Of a stretch of DNA of 64,000 nt, positions 60,611 through 64,000 are shown one piece after another. This DNA is from the human T2T-CHM13v2.0 reference genome, Homo sapiens. The notes below the pieces were generated by a model. The model made no database searches. It had not been told where the DNA came from and saw only the letters and a program-made list of their open reading frames with translations. Location of the stretch: the NCBI RefSeq assembly GCF_009914755.1, contig NC_060927.1; one strand, 5' to 3'. A program made the translations under genes and the position numbers. Within the stretch, counting starts at the first letter, position 1, and each line of letters begins with the position of its first letter.

Positions 60611-63204
60611 GGTTAGAAAACCTACAGGAAGACTAAACTGTGGCTCAGGATGAAAAGTTATGTAAATCAACAGGTCTTGCTATTTTTGATAAAATTAAAG
60701 TATGATGAGCCTGCTGGCGGTGGTGTGATCATACTAAAACAACTGAAGTGTTCACAGAAATGTTTTAACTAGTGTAACATTCCAGATGGTTAGGACTTCT
60801 GGAATAGAATGATGCCAAAGTCAGCCAGCCTCTATAATAGCCTGTGGATGATTCTTGTAGCTGCTAAACTACCCTTAACTTTCCATTTTGTTTTTCAGTC
60901 CACATAGCTCACCCCTCTTGCCCTCACCAGGCAAACCAACTTCATTCATCAACAATGCACCACAGGACTGTAGGAGGATTCCCTTCCTGTCAGCTTAGAC
61001 TTTTAGTTTCTGAAACACCACTGTCTGTAGAAGCAAGGCTGACAGACATCTTGAGACTGGTATTCTCTCTTGGCTACAATTTAGAGATTGTCTGTGATGA
61101 CTGGCGCCAAGAACTCCATGGATTAAGCCTCCTTTTCTGGCTCCCCATCAATCTTTCCAAGTGTTTCCCTCTTCTTGACCTTGTTTCTCTGATAAAGCAG
61201 ACTGAGTATGATGGCAAGGAGGTGGCTTATTGGGACGGGGCCCCAGTACCACTGGAGCAAGACTCAAAGCTTTGACTCTGAGCTACAGTCATCCTCTTCT
61301 TGAACTCTGGTTAGGACCAATAATGATATGTCTGGCTACCAGAAAAGAGAGTTTATTTCAATAGTAATTATGTAGGAGAGGCAACCCTGGCTTTTAAAAT
61401 GTGAATAATGCTCAAATTACTGGGGAGATATTGAGGAAAAAATTAAATAATAAACAAGCCTAAGGTAGACTTTAAACACTACTTCAAGAACAACAGCTAC
61501 TTTGATAGTCAAGTTTTTTAAGTCATACTTGCAGATAAGTACTAGCTCGAAGTTTCTTCTTTTCTTTTTCTGCTTTTCCTGTGCTCCTCCCCTATTTCTT
61601 CTTTTCTTTTCCAATCAGCATTTTCAGGGGCAAGGAAAATACATCACGGTACCCTCAGCAGAGAAGTGAAAAGGGGAGAGGAAGGACCACCAACCCTCCT
61701 TGAGAGTTGCCTGCATGCCAGGTGCATTGTGTCACAGAATCTCCTTTAATCCATACAAAACCCCATGTAGGGATATTATATACCTATTTTTTTTAATGAG
61801 GAAAACCTGGCTCAGATTATAAAATACAATTTTGCTAAGGAAGCATAGCTAGCAAGAATGACAGCCAGGATTCAAATTATGAGGTGTGTGATTCCAAAGT
61901 CCAATTTCTTTACATTACACTGAGGTGGCTTGTAACTGCCCTCTTCCAACCAATCAGTGATACTCTGTTTGATGTGTCTACAGATGGGGCAAAGGCCCCT
62001 TGGTCCCCTTGGCTCACCTGCTTAGACTAGACCATCAGGACAGCTCTGATTTCAGTTTGGGTCTCTATCTTGTGCCCTAACTCCCATCATCATCTTCTCA
62101 ACAAATGTCTATGCCTGTGACCCTGGGAGAATGAGAACGCATGTAAAAAGCTATGGGTGGGAGCTCCATGACCACAGGGGAACACCCACATAGGAGTTGA
62201 TTCTGTGGAGCCTAATTCTGTAGATTCAGCAGCTTCTTTATTTCTCAAAGCAGGTATTCCCCACATCTGTAGGAGATGGAAGGGAGAGAATCAGAGAAAG
62301 AAGAGTCCCAGGCAAGCAAGAAGCTGCGGGAGAATATGCAGCAATAAATTCAAGTGCCATTTGCTCTTCACCAACTCTCCGGCTCAGGTCTTACCAAGCC
62401 AACGCAGTGATGGGAGGGAGCACCCAATCCAGTGAAGTGTTTTGCTTCTGGCCAGGCACATTTCTACCCTATGGAGGAGAGGACATTGCAGCAAAGGGAA
62501 TTTTGAAGTCAGGCCCCAAAGATTATATAAGATAGAACACAGGAAAATGAACCATTCTTCAGAACCCTTGAAGTTCTTGTATATTATTATCCAATGATAG
62601 ATATGCTTTACCATTCACACATGGGAATAAATCCTAAAAATAATAACCTTTTCATTAGAAAGCTAGACTATAATTTTTCCAGGGGTCAAATGGATAACAT
62701 GCATATTTTTATAAATCTCTTTGGGCTGTTGAAGCACTGGTTTGGTGTTATAATAGCAGAAGGGGTTTTGCTGTATTTTTCTCTCTTCTTTCTGAGGTTG
62801 TGGTGGACAAACAGGAATTCAAATTTTGCAACTCTAAAATGACACCCCTACTTCATGGTTGGGGGCTGTTTTTCCAGTATCAGGCACAGATGGTGTTTCT
62901 GTCTCCTCCAGAGAATATTTTTGGATGTAAAGTTTCTGAAATAAATTATTCAACTGAGGCCAAAATAGTCTCTGGAAAATAATCATATGTGAATAGAAAA
63001 TAAGAGCAGCCTGGCCGGGGCTGAGAAAAAAATGCAGCTGGTTTTTAGAAATGGTAATGTTTGTACTAATATTTGTATTAGGAATAGAATGAGACCCGGA
63101 ATTTTGGAAGTGAGTGCTGTTTTACTCAGAAAATTTGGTGATTATCTTCTCTTTTCTTTTCCTTTCTCCCTCTCTCTCATTCTCTTAAGATTAGTGAAGA
63201 GCAG

Positions 63205-63930
63205 TCAAGGGTTAGTACTTCTGAAACTCTAATGACCATATGAATTACCTCTGGATTTTGTTAAAATGCACACTTTGACTCCATATGTCTATAGATTCTG
63301 CATTTCCAACAAGCTTCTGGGTTAGGGTACTGTTACTGGTCTGCAGATCACTTTGAGTGACAAGTGCTGGAGGAAGTTCAGATAAATTATATAATGGAGT
63401 AAAGCTATGCTTTGCCAATCTAGTAAATTAATTATTTTATTTTTTCCTTTAATAGGTATTTATTGAAACCTGCTTTGTGCTGGGCAATGTGCCAGATGTT
63501 GGGGATAAAATGGTGAGCAGACAGATCCTGTGCCTGTCTTTATTGAGCTTGGAGCCTAGTATGTATGACAAACTTTAATCAAATAATCATATATTGAAAT
63601 ATTGCAGCTGTAGTAAATCTAATGAAGAAGGGGTACAGGTGCTATGAGATCTTAAAATAGGTGCCTTCATTAGAGGGCTGGAAAAGGTTTCCCTGAGGAA
63701 GGGTATTGAGCTATGAAGATAAGAACAGTAGTCATTATTATCATCATAGTGAGCAGCTAGCCATGATTTGAACATTTCCTTTGGGCCAGTACTAGGTATA
63801 CATCTGTCCATTATCTCATTTAATTCTCACAGCAACCTCCTAAGGTAGGTGCTGTTGTTATCCAATGTTACGGTGGAGAGACCTGAGGCTCAGAGAGTTT
63901 GCACAAGGTCACACAGCTAGCACACAGCAA
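63205..63930. mobile_element. MER5-like, L2 (-) and MIR (-) relics
   Basis: TCTGCATTTCCAACAAGCT; GTATTTATTGAAACCTGCTTTGTGCTGGGC; CTGAGGCTCAGAGAG...CAAGGTCACACAGCTAG. Confidence 0.65.
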
Positions 63931-64000
63931 ATTCATTACCCAAACACAGAACCATTTAACTGCTTCAAGTTATCATCCAGGACTTTAACCAGAAAGACTG

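Overview
Primate (human-like) non-coding genomic DNA, AT-rich and CpG-depleted, consisting largely of interspersed repeats: one full-length inactivated L1PA7/8-type LINE-1, several truncated L1PA/L1M elements, 12 Alus, MaLR and ERV1 solo LTRs, Tigger and hAT MITEs, and many MIR/L2 relics. No intact protein-coding gene, RNA gene, CRISPR array or CpG island is supportable. The recognisable ORFs in the track are L1 fragments or Alu/LTR read-throughs and the rest look like chance ORFs. I found no convincing new biological system. The most noteworthy unexplained structure is mutational: three short non-tandem direct duplications spaced about 0.8-1.3 kb, with templated-looking junctions; an inverted templated insertion inside the L1 endonuclease region; a probable L1 3' transduction; a tail-to-tail MLT1 pair; an AluYd-type element; and a motif-rich candidate promoter/first exon near 53.1-53.4 kb. 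Repeat subfamily names are from recalled consensus sequences and need RepeatMasker/Dfam confirmation. Boundaries without TSDs are approximate.
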